Positions 51,785 to 64,000 of a DNA stretch of 64,000 nucleotides are shown in pieces. Source of the DNA: Yuukianura sp. NJ FZ-2021 (lineage: Eukaryota); contig CM102284.1 in NCBI GenBank assembly GCA_046563655.1, positions 7,440,001 through 7,504,000 on the forward strand, written 5' to 3'. The notes under the pieces were generated by a model. That model was given only the letters and a program-made list of their open reading frames with translations. It was not told where the DNA came from and did no database searches. A program made the position numbers and the translations under genes. Within the stretch, counting starts at the first letter, position 1; each line of letters begins with the position of its first letter.

Positions 51785-54700
51785 TTACTCCATCTGAGTC
51801 GAAGAAGTCGTTCGGAGCGATCTAGTTGACGAGATCACCGTAGCTTCATTCTCTGAATTTAGCAGGAGTTCGTAGAAGCTGTTATGATCATGGTACTCCA
51901 GGAACGAGTCAATTTTTCTGTACGTTTCCTTTCCAGCGGCCTTGTACAGTGCTAAAACCATAAAAAATGAAGTTTTTAAGCCATTTCGTAGTAAAATGGC
52001 TCAGGTTGGTAAAAGAAACTCTCTTTGGACTTACTGGATAGGAACATTTTGTGGAATTGCCAAGTGGCAGCATGCTTCTTCCTGAGCAGTAGGAATTCAC
52101 TGTCCTTGACCTCTGACCCGCTGTCCCAACTGAACCCTTCATCTCTACAAGCTCTCATCAGTTGTGAACAAAAAGAGTCCACTATTGCGAGATGCCTCAA
52201 AATTAATTTCAGCACTCCTGCTCCTTTGGTTGAAACACTCACGAAGCAGCTGAAACATGAAATCATACCATCAATTCAGAATTTCATTAATTAAAAGTGA
52301 ATTATGGTTACCTCGAAGCGAGATCGCGCACATAGCGGACAATGGCATCATAAATACTTTGCAAAGTGTCAAGTGATTCCAGCGATGAACAGAATTCGAC
52401 CCAACTGGAGTGGACAATCTCCATGTTCATGTAAACTCTCAACGTTCGAACAAAGTGGAGCAGCTTGTGACGATATATTTGTAGCTTCATCAGTTGACCT
52501 GACCTTGACCCTATGTAAAATACATAACATAAATTAAAACATTTTAAATTTCCAAAATTTTTAAAACTGGTTTGACGAATGCCAATCCAAGATTGCAAAA
52601 ACCTACGTTTTGACTTGAGTAAAATGAAAATTTCGTTGAGAAGTTGTTCGGAACGGGAGAGTTGCATGAAAATTCCAAAGAGACATTCATAGTGGTGGAT
52701 CATATCCTCCGTCAAGATGATATTCAACGGCCAGTCAACAACATAAGTCAGTCTGACAGCATTCAAAAACTGAAATTCTGAAATATGGAAATACACTTTT
52801 CGTTAATTTTCAAAAAAAAAAGCTACTCATATTTTGAAAAATGAAAACTTACCGGAAGAGATACTGCTGCTGCTCTTTCCACTTTCGATTTCCTTCAACT
52901 CCTTCATCATAGTGTCATTGTCATGGGTGAGTACAAATGACAAGTTCTCTGTCAAGGGATCCAAGTCTTGATGGAAAAAGGCTATCGATAAGGCATCGTT
53001 CAAAACGAGTTGAAGTGTTCCAGTCTTCTTGACGAATTCGTGCAATGATTTCACCGGAGATTTTCTCATCTGAAAGTTAAGATTCCATGTGAAATGGCCA
53101 AAACAATTTGGCCAAAAGTGAAATGATCAGAGGTGAAAAGGCCAGAAGTGAAATGGCCAAAAAGTGAAAATATCAGAATTGAAATGGCCAAAAAGTGAAA
53201 AGGCCAAAATCTAAAAACGCCAAAAAGAAAATGGCCAAAAAGTGAAATGACCAAAAAGTGAAAACGTCAAAAAGTGAAAAGGCCAAAATATGAAAAGGCC
53301 AGAAAGTGAAAAGACCGGAATTAGAAAAAAAATACTTTCAGTGGGTAACTCGGTTTTCTACATTTTTTTTTAAAACAGATATAACCCCCTGCCATGAAAA
53401 TATATTCTTTTGCCATCCGCTTAAAATATTTCGAATTTTTAGAAGATGTAGAAAATGGGAAAAATACTCCATGTTAACTTTTTCTAAACAAACAAATCCC
53501 ATTTTTTGAAAGTTATAACCTATAACTTTCCTATAACCTAACCTATAACAAAATTGTTTAAGCAGTTAAAGACGTAACCTAACTTAACAAAATATAAGCT
53601 AAGACATATTTTGAGAAAAAATTAACGTGTGACCTTATAGCAAAATTGCATTTTTCATAATTTTCTGAAAATTCGAAGTTTTTGAGAGCGGGCCAAAAAA
53701 TATTTTTTTTCATGGTCAGGAGTTCATATTTGCAATTAAAAATAGAAAATAAACAAAATGCGAGTTATCCACTGAAAGTAATTCTTTTCCTAATTCTGGT
53801 CTTTTCACTTTTTGGCGTTTTCATATTTTGGCCTTTTCACTTTTTGGCGTTTTCACTTTTTGGTCATTTCACTTTTTGGCCATTTTCTTTTTGGCGTTTT
53901 TAGATTTTGGCCTTTTCACTTTTTGGCCATTTCAATTTTGATATTTTCACTTTTTGGCGATTTCACTTCTGGCCTTTTCACCTCTGATCATTTCACTTTT
54001 GGCCAAATTGTTTTGACCATTTCACCTGCTACGGAAAGTTAATTCCAATTACGAAGTGCAAATTTTGATTCAAAATCGATTTGATCTTGACTTACTTCAT
54101 CAATTAAAACCGCCGTCAAGGAATGCCCAAACACTCCATTTTGAAGTAACAGAAACTCATTCATGGCGGCCAAATGATGAAACAGTTGTTTTTCCTTTAC
54201 GAAGTAATACAACAATGCTGTGTTGACCATCTTGTGTCTACATTAGAACAAAAGCAGAGGTTATCATTATCATAATCGTTAAAATTCAAATTGGCAATAC
54301 ATTTTTTTTTCAAAATGTGATTTTCAACATTTCAAGGAAGGAAACTTACTGCGCTTGCAATGGAATCGAAATGCTTTGAGTAAAAAGCAAGTTGAGGAAT
54401 GAGGCATCTACTGGAGCCGATTTTGAAACAGTGTCCGGGTCAGTTTTGGAGCAAATCGACGCATCAGCATTTGGTTTTTCTGAAAATCAGACACAAAAAA
54501 AATTGTAGATTGATTCAAACTAATTGGTTTTCAATTTAATTTTCAGAGTTTGAATTACCATAAAATATTTTTGGATCAAAATCTGGAAGTGGGATGGGTT
54601 CGGTAAGAATGAATTTTTCTGGATCCAACTTTTCTTCTCCATCTTCAAGCAGGATTTGAGAAGATGCTGGCGTAGCACTAGATGCTGGCAGATGCTGCTT

Positions 54701-56805
54701 GAAAGCAAGTATTTCCTCGATTGTTTTGGCAGTCTTTTTGTTGTAATTCCTTTTCCGAGTTCTTACTCTTGATTGTTTCTTTGAACTGTTTTTAGACGAA
54801 TCTACTTCATCTAAATCTTGGGTAACTTTTTGTACCAAAGCGACCTTTGAACCTTCAGTTTTCTTATTATCTTCAAGAATTTGTGCTTGATCCAGCACTG
54901 GAACAGATACAAATACCGAAGTATCTTCGTCGATTGCAGTCTCTGTATTGATTGGCGTAATTTCTACACCTAGTGCTTCTAAGTCCAGCGATCTATGCTT
55001 TCTTCCAGTCCCGTCTGGCTCTGTACTTGGAAAATACTTTTTCCGAAATCTGACTTTCTCAGCGTCGTGTTCCTTTTCCTTCCGTTCGTTGTACTCTGCA
55101 TTGGATTTCGTCTCTGAATCGTCTCTTTCCTTTTCAGATGCTTTGAGAATCTTGGCTTCTTCGACTTGTTCTTGAAGTGATAGTCGAAATCTTCTTTGTT
55201 GGGATCGCTTACGAGATAAACTTTGGAGTTTTGATTCCGCTGATTTAACAAAATAGGCTTCACGAATTGAATTTACAGTATTGAAATCCAGTTGAACTTC
55301 CTTGAACGCCTTGGAGAGGACATTGGCAATTGATTCCTTGATTCCATTTGTTAGATGCTCATTTTGTGATAAGAATTGGCTAAGTTTTGAGTCCCATTCA
55401 ACTGTAAGCTGAGGTAAGTCGTCAAACGATTCACACTGTTTCAGAACTTGATTTGTATCGTAAGAAAACAGTGGTGAAATTGATTCAGAGTAATCAATCT
55501 GAAACAAAAAAGTAACAATTTCAATTAAATTGGAATGAAGAGAGACATTCCAGTGGAAGTCTCCATTTTCACTTACATTTTTGATGAGATTGAATAAATG
55601 GATTGCTTTTCCTGTTTCAAAAATCAGATCTGCAGAGTCTTCTATGAAAAGCGGCACGGTGTCGAATTGTACAAATTGTCTCGTCCAAAATCGTCTGTCT
55701 CTGGCAGTTGATTCTGTTTGTGACTTGATATGAAAATCCAAAGGAGAAGCCAGTTCACCACGAAAAATCCAGTCCGAAATGTATCTAAAGGTAACTTAAA
55801 CGTCAGCCAGCTAAATATTGTTCCAACTAAAGTAAAAAGTTATGCCAAGCAGGTTTACTTCGAACTTCATTCGTTCTAAATCGAAAAACGTTGGGTTACC
55901 TCATATAGGTTGAAGCGATTAGCACAAAAAAGCTTCTTAGTAAGTCTTGAACATAGGGTGTTTCTTGTGCGAAAATCATACGATTCAGTTCAGACATCAG
56001 CGTAACCGGGCTCTTATGCATAGCAACTTCGGCTATGTGCTCCAGGACTTGAAACTGTACGTGGTACGCCTAAACCAAAGTAATTTTTAGTAATCAAGAA
56101 GAGATTGCTAAAGTTGAGCTTAAAAAGTCATACTTGGATAAAATTGTGAAGTTTGGTGAACGTTGTGATCGATTTTGAATTGATCATGAGAACGATTTGG
56201 TAGATCTTCAAGTAATCTCCTAAAGCCGTTTGAAATGTAGCGAATATGGTACTTCTGCTTCCTTCTCCATCGGCCAGGAACTGCCCGCTTGCCAACATCA
56301 TGAGTTTCCTGAATCGGCCACCACATTCAATGAATTTTTTGGAGTAGTTGTCCAGAGTACTGGGAGAGAGTCCTTGGACAAGTATGAAGGGATTCCGTTT
56401 GAAGAAGTGGACTTCCTCGGAGCAGAAAGTGAATGACAGTGATTCTCGTCCATTTAGTAGATGAAATAAGTGGGAGATAAATTCCGCCATCGGAATGTAC
56501 TCTGGTTCTCGTGTGGACGATTTCAGCGATGCCATGCTTCCTTCTCCATCGTGAGCAGAGATGACCGCAGCTCGCCAAATGGAATCCACAAAACCAACCC
56601 CATTATTGGCTGTCAAAAACGTTTTATGAGCGTGAGCGACATTCGGATCTCGGTGAGTTCGGATTTCATCCCAACGTTGAATGTATCGGTCATAGTAGGG
56701 AGTTTTAGGATCGTTACTGTCACTGTCTATACTTTCACTTTCCGAATCAATATCGTTGTAACTTCCTAGCTCTTCTGCCGGCGACGTGTAGCCCTCATCT
56801 TCCAT
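51785..56805 (-). CDS. TUBGCP6: Gamma-tubulin complex component 6, multi-exon
   Basis: GRIP motifs RRFWTRQF..VPLFI...IFETGKAIHL, a charged insertion, HLAAMNEFLLLQNGVFGHSL, LTYVVDWPLNIIL, LQIYRHKLLHFV, IVHSSWVEF. Confidence 0.82.
53081..54033. mobile_element. Foldback/MULE-like non-autonomous element in a TUBGCP6 intron
   Basis: Inverted arms of ~400 bp whose outer parts consist of ggccaaaaagtgaaa subrepeats, central AACCT motifs, and a 9-bp direct repeat gaaagttaa at 53072-53080 and 54034-54042. Confidence 0.85.
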
Positions 56806-57030
56806 TGTTCTGTTTGGGACAATACACAATATGTAAATTAGTTGCAGCAAACAACTGGTTTAGTTCTTTTCTTTTCAATCAACTTTCAAATCGACAATTT
56901 CAATCCACAACTCGCTTTATTCCAACTTTACCTGCTCAAGATGTAAACGCCTTGCTGTTAATTGGCTTGATCCTCTTCCTAATTAGTAATTAAGTTAATT
57001 AACACCTTGTTAAGCTAAAATTAACTTTAA

Positions 57031-57393
57031 CCGTATGGGTGCCACTGGTGTCACAATTTGTGACACACGTCGGAGTAGTGCCAAATTTTTGAAAGAAATT
57101 GTGACGTAGAAGGTGGGGGATTTTATATGTCACGGGAAATATTTTTGGCTGCACAAACGGACCCCAAACAACACCCTACACGCCTCCATATGCAGAGGCG
57201 GATTTTTTAAAATAAAAGCGTCAAAATTTTGCCATACATTCCCCCGTGTCACAATTTGTGACACCCATGGTCAACACGCGTTGTCAGCTGTGTCACAATT
57301 TGTGACAACTTTTTCTATGAAGACTAGCCTATGGTACTTTTTGTGCCTCGACTAGTAGCACCGACCGTGACAAAACCGATGGTAGCCGTACGG
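57031..57393. mobile_element. MITE flanked by TTAA (piggyBac-like)
   Basis: ttaa|ccgtatgggtgcca...tggtagccgtacgg|ttaa, with three internal gtgtcacaatttgtgaca palindromes. Confidence 0.7.
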
Positions 57394-57644
57394 TTAATTG
57401 ATTGAAAAACAAAAAATAAACAAACACTTTTTGCTTGTTTTCTTTTTGTAATATGAAATTCGCGGGTTCAAATTCAAAATATGCCGAATTTGAAGGGAGA
57501 CAAACACGAGGATTTTTTTTTTACCATTTCTTGCGTCAAACTCAAATTAATTTTAAACTTTTCTGTTGCTGATTATGATTTTTTGAAATTAGCTTTCGAC
57601 TTGTCATTCGAATTATCTGACGTCAAGTTACCATTACAAAACAG

Positions 57645-57960
57645 GGTTGAAGTAAACTTTGAGGCAGTCCGTTGTACCCCCCAAATTGCATTGTATTGTA
57701 CCCCCCCATTATAATCCGTGGCGGCAATTTCAAAAAAGCAACAAATCGCCCCCTCTATTGTTGGTTAGGTTAGGTTAGGTTAACATAACCTAACTAAGGA
57801 CGGGGGGTACAGTTCATAAATCTATGCGCAACTGAACAAATCAACAGTAGAGGGGGCGATTTGTTGTTTTTTTGAATTTGCCGCCACGGATTATAATGGG
57901 GGGGTACAATACAATGCAATTTGGGGGGTACAACGGACTGCCTCAAAGTTTACTTCGACC
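57645..57960. mobile_element. MITE with ~110-bp TIRs and 8-bp TSD (GG..CC ends, Merlin- or MULE-like)
   Basis: Near-perfect TIRs ggttgaagtaaactttgaggcagtccg...; TSD caaaacag at 57637-57644 and 57961-57968; central ggttaggttaggttagg. Confidence 0.88.
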
Positions 57961-58278
57961 CAAAACAGACTTTCATTACAAATTGACTGACAGAGTAATT
58001 AATTGCCGTTTGTATCAGACGTTTGTATCAGGCGTGTTGTAAAGACTACCGGAGGTCAAAGGTCAGGAGAGTCTCCTGAGGAAACTAGTCGACATCTTCC
58101 CTTTTGCGCTGGCTGTAGTCGCTCTTGTTACGTTTTAAAAGGTACATAATAAGTACATATGTAAAGTAAATGTGCTTATTATGATTGATTTATTAGTGTC
58201 AGTGTTTCACTGCTTCAGTTTACGACTTTTGGTGTATTTACAGTTAACAGTGCGGAAACCGGAAGCTAAAGAGCTAAA

Positions 58279-59834
58279 ATGAATCATGCTCATGAGCACG
58301 ACTCGGACTCCGATTTGCTGAATCGTATCAAGGAGGGAGAACGACGGCGACATTTGAGTCCTCAGGAAGAACTGATTCATAAGAAACACATGGAATACCA
58401 TGAGAAACATAAGGGACATGAACAGGTTCGCTTAACAGAAACAATTAGTTTTAACTTGATCAAGTATTGCCTAACATGTCCTTGTTTTTCAAAAACAGAT
58501 GCATTTGGAGATGTTCTTGATCCTGATCATTACGCTTCTCATTGCTCAAGTTATTTTAGTGGAATGGAAAAAGCGGCATTACCGGTAAGCGATATGGGAT
58601 GATTCACGCTGTATAAAATTAGACTTGGGAATTCGCCCTATACAGTACTAGTATTTTGTATTCTCTGTTTATTGCAGATCCTACATGATTACAACACTCA
58701 CGTGCATGTGGATGGTTCCCATAAGTTTTAGCATTTACAACTACTGGCTCCGTTTTATCATTTCTTGGATAATTTTTACCGCTATGTCTGGTTTCATCTT
58801 TTCCAAAGTTCTGGAGAAACCACTGAACCCAACGACACCTCGTTTAGTTTACGTAAGTGCTCAGGTCAAGGAATACTTGAGAATGTAAATGAACTTGACA
58901 AGCACATTTGTAAAAACTACATTAATTATTTTTTTTGTTTTGTTTCTCAGAAATGGTTGTATTTAGTCCACAAAGTTTCGTATGGCATGGGAATCGTGGG
59001 GTACATCGTCATGATGTTCACCATCCTCGGGCTCAACTTTGTCTTCAATGCAGATCCACACACTTGGATGGATTTTGCAGTAATGATGCTTTTCTATGGC
59101 ATTTACTACGGTGTGCTCGGGAGAGATCTGGCCGAGATCTGTTCAGATAAAATGGCCATGAAAATCGGTAAACACAAACCAATTACATACGGTCTTTTAC
59201 AAACAAAAAAGGCTTTGCTAATCAAAAAATTGTTCCAGGGTACATTGCTAATGGCGGCTTCCCATCAAAGACACCCGACGAGAAGATTTGTGCTATTTGT
59301 GGAAACCAACTTCTAGTCACCGTGGAAGAGGAAGGTGTGCTGGAAAACACTTTTAAGCTCCCCTGCGGTCACGTCTTTCACGAATTTTGTATTCGGGGGT
59401 GGTGCATCGTTGGAAAGAAGCAGACATGTCCATTTTGTAATGAAAAAGTCGACTTGAAGCGAATTGTCAATAATTTCTGGTACTTGAATTTACTACTCAA
59501 ACTCACGCCTCACTCGTCCTCGTAAAACTTTTGTAAGCTGATTGAGTTGACAGCATTTAATCAGTATATTTTGTGTGTGACGTTTAGGGAGAAACCTCAT
59601 CTACTTTATGGTCAACTCCTCGACTGGGTGCGATGGCTCGTCGCTTGGCAGCCAGGTATGACATATCACTCACTCGGAGTCAAAATTTTTGACTTGGAGT
59701 CAAAATCTTTTGCATTGCGGGATAAAAATTTTTGACTTGAGGTCAAAATGTCGGATCATAATATCTCATTTTTCTTTGTTTCAGCTATTTATTTCTTCGT
59801 CCAAGGAATCAACTGGTCTCTTGGACTTCACTAA
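58279..59834 (+). CDS. RNF121: RING finger protein 121/175-type membrane E3 ligase, multi-exon
   Basis: HEKHKGHEQMHLEM, TTPRLVYKW, FYGIYYGVLGRD, CAICG...LPCGHVFHEFCIRGWCIVGKKQTCPFCNEKVDL, YGQLLDWVRWLVAWQP. Confidence 0.93.
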
Positions 59835-60467
59835 AACTTACCATTACTCCGATCCTAAGCGATTGACATCATACTCGTTAGTTTAATGATTAATCGACGA
59901 TGCAAATTCCAGTTAGTCTATTTTGTTTTGCTTAGTCATTCATAATATTTAGCACATTCCCAACTGATCCATCGCAAAACCAAAGTTTTTGAATCATTTT
60001 CAAGTGCTATAAGTAGTATAACTTAGTTACTAATTGACTTAAAGACTATAAGCATTTAGAAATGATCCAAAAACATCCTTTGTTTTTGTTTTTCCTAAAC
60101 TTTCGTTTTGGAAAGTTACACTGCAGGGATCATTGTCTGATTAATTAGCAATTTGGAACTTGTTTTTCAAAGTTTCAGCTCTCGTGAGCCCCATGTGGCG
60201 TAAAACATGTCAAATTGACGTTTGACTTTTATAAGTATAAATGCGTTTATTATTGTATTATTGGTCCTAAATTATGCAAAGCGTCATAAAATTAAATACT
60301 AATTGTTATTGTTAATTTATGTAATTAAAAGTTATTGTTTCAGGTTAATATTCTAGAATATCAAAATCAGGAACATTCATGGATTTGTCCCTGTTCGTTA
60401 TGTTGTCAATGTCGTCCTCATGAGGTCATGACCTTTGACCTCTCGACCTTTGACCCCCTGAGCTAAG

Positions 60468-63400
60468 TTACCTCCGATGGATATCTCCTATGCGCATTAA
60501 TCCAAAAAACGATTTTTCTGGTCTGATTATAGAGTATCGATTGGTTTCAATGTCCCGGATGAGTATGCGGTCATTTTCCTTGAAGTAGTTGATTCCAGCG
60601 GTGAAGCAAGAGTTGGACTTGGGCGTTGTTCCTGGAGCAGTTTCAGTCATGCGCGTACATGTCAGAAATGGATCAGAGTTGACTTGGATAACGAATCCAT
60701 TGATGTCATGGGAATCCAGATAGTGGACTTGGGCGTAGATCCAGTACAGACCTTCCTTCTTGATCGTGACGACTCCAGTGGGACTCAGTGGCAAGTCTTT
60801 AGATACTGAATCAGTTCCGGCAGTCATCCAGTGTGAAGGTTTCCATGAAGAAAAGACGCCGTCGGCATTCCGCAGTCTGCCGTTCCCTTCGTAGTGACGA
60901 TGAGAGAGGCTGTAGTTGGAAGAATCAGCGACGTAGTGAGCAGCGATCGTTTTTGGACCTCCGGCCCATGCCTCGGCTTGGACAATGTTCAGCTCCTCAG
61001 CGTCAGGATGTAGGAGATGACCCTGAAAATGACAAAGAAGAGCCAGTTTTAGTGAAAAATTGAAGAGTGACAGAAATTTTGAGGTCAAGGTCATGGTCCA
61101 GGTCAAGGTCACGTCTATGTTCGCGGAAACTTTCTAGGTTTTGCCAGAAATGCTGACGTAAGTTATGTTTTACCTAAAGTTTTCTACTACAAACTAACAT
61201 TTTTACTAAAACTAATTCAATTTCTACTTTCCAATAATATATTTAAGTTGTTAATTTTAATTAATGTAATTACTGTAATTAATCGAAAAGTAATTAATTT
61301 TAATTATTTAATTCCATTTATTGTAGACAGTAAACCGATCATTAACGTTTCGTCGAGACTGGATTCCAGCATTTTCTGGAAATCTCTGCTGCTGAATCAT
61401 TTTCAAATACTGACTGTCAATTTGCGGAGCCAAAGTGTCTGGACCGTGACCATTTTTGGACATTTCGACAACTGGAAGATGTCCGTGACCTTTGACCTTT
61501 TTTGACCTTTGACCTTGACGTCGCCGTTTAAGCACTTGTTGACCTCGAAGTCGAGCAGAGTCATTTACTTTTCGAAACGGCCGCTGTCTTCTGGAGTCCC
61601 GCTCGGACGGTTTTGATTGGCCCCCGGTTCCAGGAAACGTCCTTGACACAGCGAAGGCCGAAGATTCTCCATGGTCTGCTCCAGCCACGGCTTCATCTGG
61701 ATCAGCCTCTTCCTCCGAATCTTGGCGTTCCTGATGTACTCGAGCGATGACCTGAATGGTAACAATTGAATTACTACACTGAAAAATTCTGAACCAAGGT
61801 TGATTCGAACTGGTGACCACTCCGTACCTGGCCGTCACCTTGTCCAATTTTCCTGAGCGGTGGGTACGGATAGTTAGAGCGATGCTGAGTTCTAGGATGG
61901 ACCGAAACTCTATCGCCTGTTGCCGGTACTCTTGAATTCCGTACAATCATGTTTGGATTTTGGATTTGTTGTTCTGTAGAGTCATGTCCATGGACAGATC
62001 TTCTGGAAGCGATTGATCCAGCATAGTGCTGAGAATAAGGTGAAGTTGTCCTGATATAGAACGGATTGTCGCCAATTCTTGTACTTCCTTGTGTCATGTC
62101 GCCAGATTTGACCTGAAGTCGTCTCGGTCGGCCAGAAATTGTTGTCGGATCTTCTTCCGAGTCAACCCAAGCTGCTGATGTGCGATGATACGCCTGGACA
62201 TTGGATCCCTCCGATTCTGCAAATTCCGGAGCTTTCGGTTCTCCGTGGCCTCCTACTCGGAAAGCACAGGTATGTTAGAAAAATTGACCTTTGACCTTTG
62301 ACTTTTTGACCTTTGACATTTGACCTTACCTGTTGTGATGAGTGACTCGTAGAGCCGTAGACCTTCACTTTCGGTTGCTGTGACTGCGCCGACTCCTCCA
62401 GGACTGTAAGCACCTTCGACAATCGCCACGGTGTCTTTCGCGGTTCGTTCCGTTCCGGATCCAAGGTTATCAGGAGTCACTTGTCGCTTAGTTCGACTGG
62501 CAGCGTTTAGTTTCTGTTTCCAAAAAAACACAATTTTGAAATGTAAATTTTTTTTTTCAATTTTAGATTTTCTTTTTTGATTTTTCAGATTTTCCTGGGG
62601 AACACATTTTGGAAGAGTCAAATACGGAGAAATCCCAGAAGGCAGAAATTGCAATTTGAAATTGCACATCTTCTGTTCTTTTTTTTCTTGTTTGGATGAA
62701 CTTGACATTGGAGTCAATTTTAGCCAAAGTTCAAGATAAAGTTGACCTTGGCATTCAATGTACATAGCAGAGGAAGTCTCTGGGCAAATCCATTTTAATT
62801 TACGTCAGAACACAACAGAAAACAGAAACGCTTGTTCAAAAGAAAAAAAAGAAGCTTCAAATTTTGAATTTTTGATACTTTGTTTTCGTTTTTAAGCCTT
62901 TAAGCATTTGTCTTGCTTAAGATTTCTGTTTTAAATCACTTTTCTCAAGGGACGTAGATTTAGAAGTGTCTAGAAAAGATTTACTTTTGCCAAAAAATGA
63001 AACAGATGAAAGATTTTTTTAGACGTTGGGTCACATAGGTCAACTTCGGATTCGGAAGCTGAGCCAAAACTTTGTACAAGGACAATTTTTAGCACGTTTT
63101 ATGCCAAATCACGTCCTTCGTTAGAAAGGGCATGGGCTTTCCAGTATAAATTACAATTGCAAATTGCCAAAAATTTAACCAGACCAACTTTTCTCAAAAT
63201 TTTGAACCATGTTCATGAATGGATTTTTTGAAAAATGTCACAATTTTACCCCAAAACAATTTCCTTTTCCCAAAATTTTGAACCATTCGACGAAATTATG
63301 GATGAATTTTTAGGAAAATGCCGGAATTTTACCCCAAAAACGGTTTCTTCCATTTCCTTTTCTCAAAATTTTGAACCATGACTAAATTTGTTTTTGAAAA

Positions 63401-63945
63401 ATGTCAAATTTTACCCCAAAGACAATTTCTTCCATTTCCTTTTCGTCATCTTCTTCCTCCAGGTCAATTCCTTCATCACTTTCGTCACTTACGAGAAGAG
63501 GTACGCCCATGTCATCTTCTTCTTCGTAACTTTCTTCATCATCTTCTGTGTCCTGATGTCCATTCGGCTGAGTCAGTCGAATTGGCACAACAAATGCTTG
63601 GGTCATGACCCCTCCGCGGTCATTGCTCAATCTTTCTGCCTCGACTTGTTCCAATTGACGCAGGAAATGAGCCAGGTCAGTTTCGAGTGCCGTGATTCTG
63701 GTTTCGTAATTTCCAAATTTCGTTTCATAGTGACTCAACAGACCCACTCCAAGGCCAAGACCAACAAAAAGTAACAGGAGACACGCAAAGAGAAGTGGAC
63801 AGGAACGAGGCAGTGTCCGGTTCCGGAAGGAAACTGTGGACGATACACCGACTTCCGGTGGCGGTTGACCTGGAACGAATCCCGGGTATTTCGATTTTAC
63901 TTTTCCGTCACTCCCAATCAGAACTTCGGTCAATTCTGGCTTCAT
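60468..63945 (-). CDS. egr: TNF-superfamily ligand, Eiger/EDA-like, long stalk, ~5 exons
   Basis: N-terminal TM (LLFACLLLLFVGLGLGVGLL), coiled coil, RTKR furin site, THD IAAHY...TIKKEGLYWIYAQVHY...NSCFTAG...KSFFGLMRI. Confidence 0.85.
63190..63445. repeat. Degenerate ~85-bp tandem repeat (3 copies) spanning the eiger exon 1 donor
   Basis: caaaattttgaaccat...ttttgaaaaatgtca...ttttaccccaaaa...tttcc repeated three times. Confidence 0.65.
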
Positions 63946-64000
63946 TTTGGGCAATTTTTCAAAAAAATTTGCGAAATTTCGAAATTTTTGATCTCTTGGA

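Noticed and set aside
53089-53320. Regular short repeats resembling a CRISPR array
   Set aside because: No unique spacers, eukaryotic context, and mirrored as an inverted arm.
53066-54042. Phe/Gly/His-rich ORFs
   Set aside because: They are translations of the foldback element's subrepeats.
57763-57782. Interstitial telomere
   Set aside because: Only ~3 TTAGG units, inside a MITE.

Overview
This is gene-dense, AT-rich eukaryotic DNA with short (mostly 55-130 nt) GT-AG introns, most likely from an arthropod (Eiger-type TNF ligands, a divergent ionotropic receptor, DM4/DM12-like proteins, TTAGG-type motifs); the species cannot be called from sequence. About 22 protein-coding genes can be read by manual splicing. 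Recognisable ones are a TLC-domain protein, a divergent Shaker/Kv1 channel, an IR, an MFSD6-like transporter, pICln, AGMO, CEP19, TUBGCP6, RNF121 and two TNF-family ligands; the rest are orphans. Three non-autonomous TIR elements with TSDs are present. The most notable observation is a 16-exon micro-exon gene (41596-43757, minus strand) missed by the ORF track, encoding a ~295-aa protein of ~25% Cys and ~29% Pro. It sits in a three-gene block with a secreted Asp-box protein (CatSper-auxiliary-like) and CEP19, and RFX X-boxes lie in both promoter regions, suggesting a cilium/sperm-flagellum module. All exon structures are manual predictions without transcript evidence.
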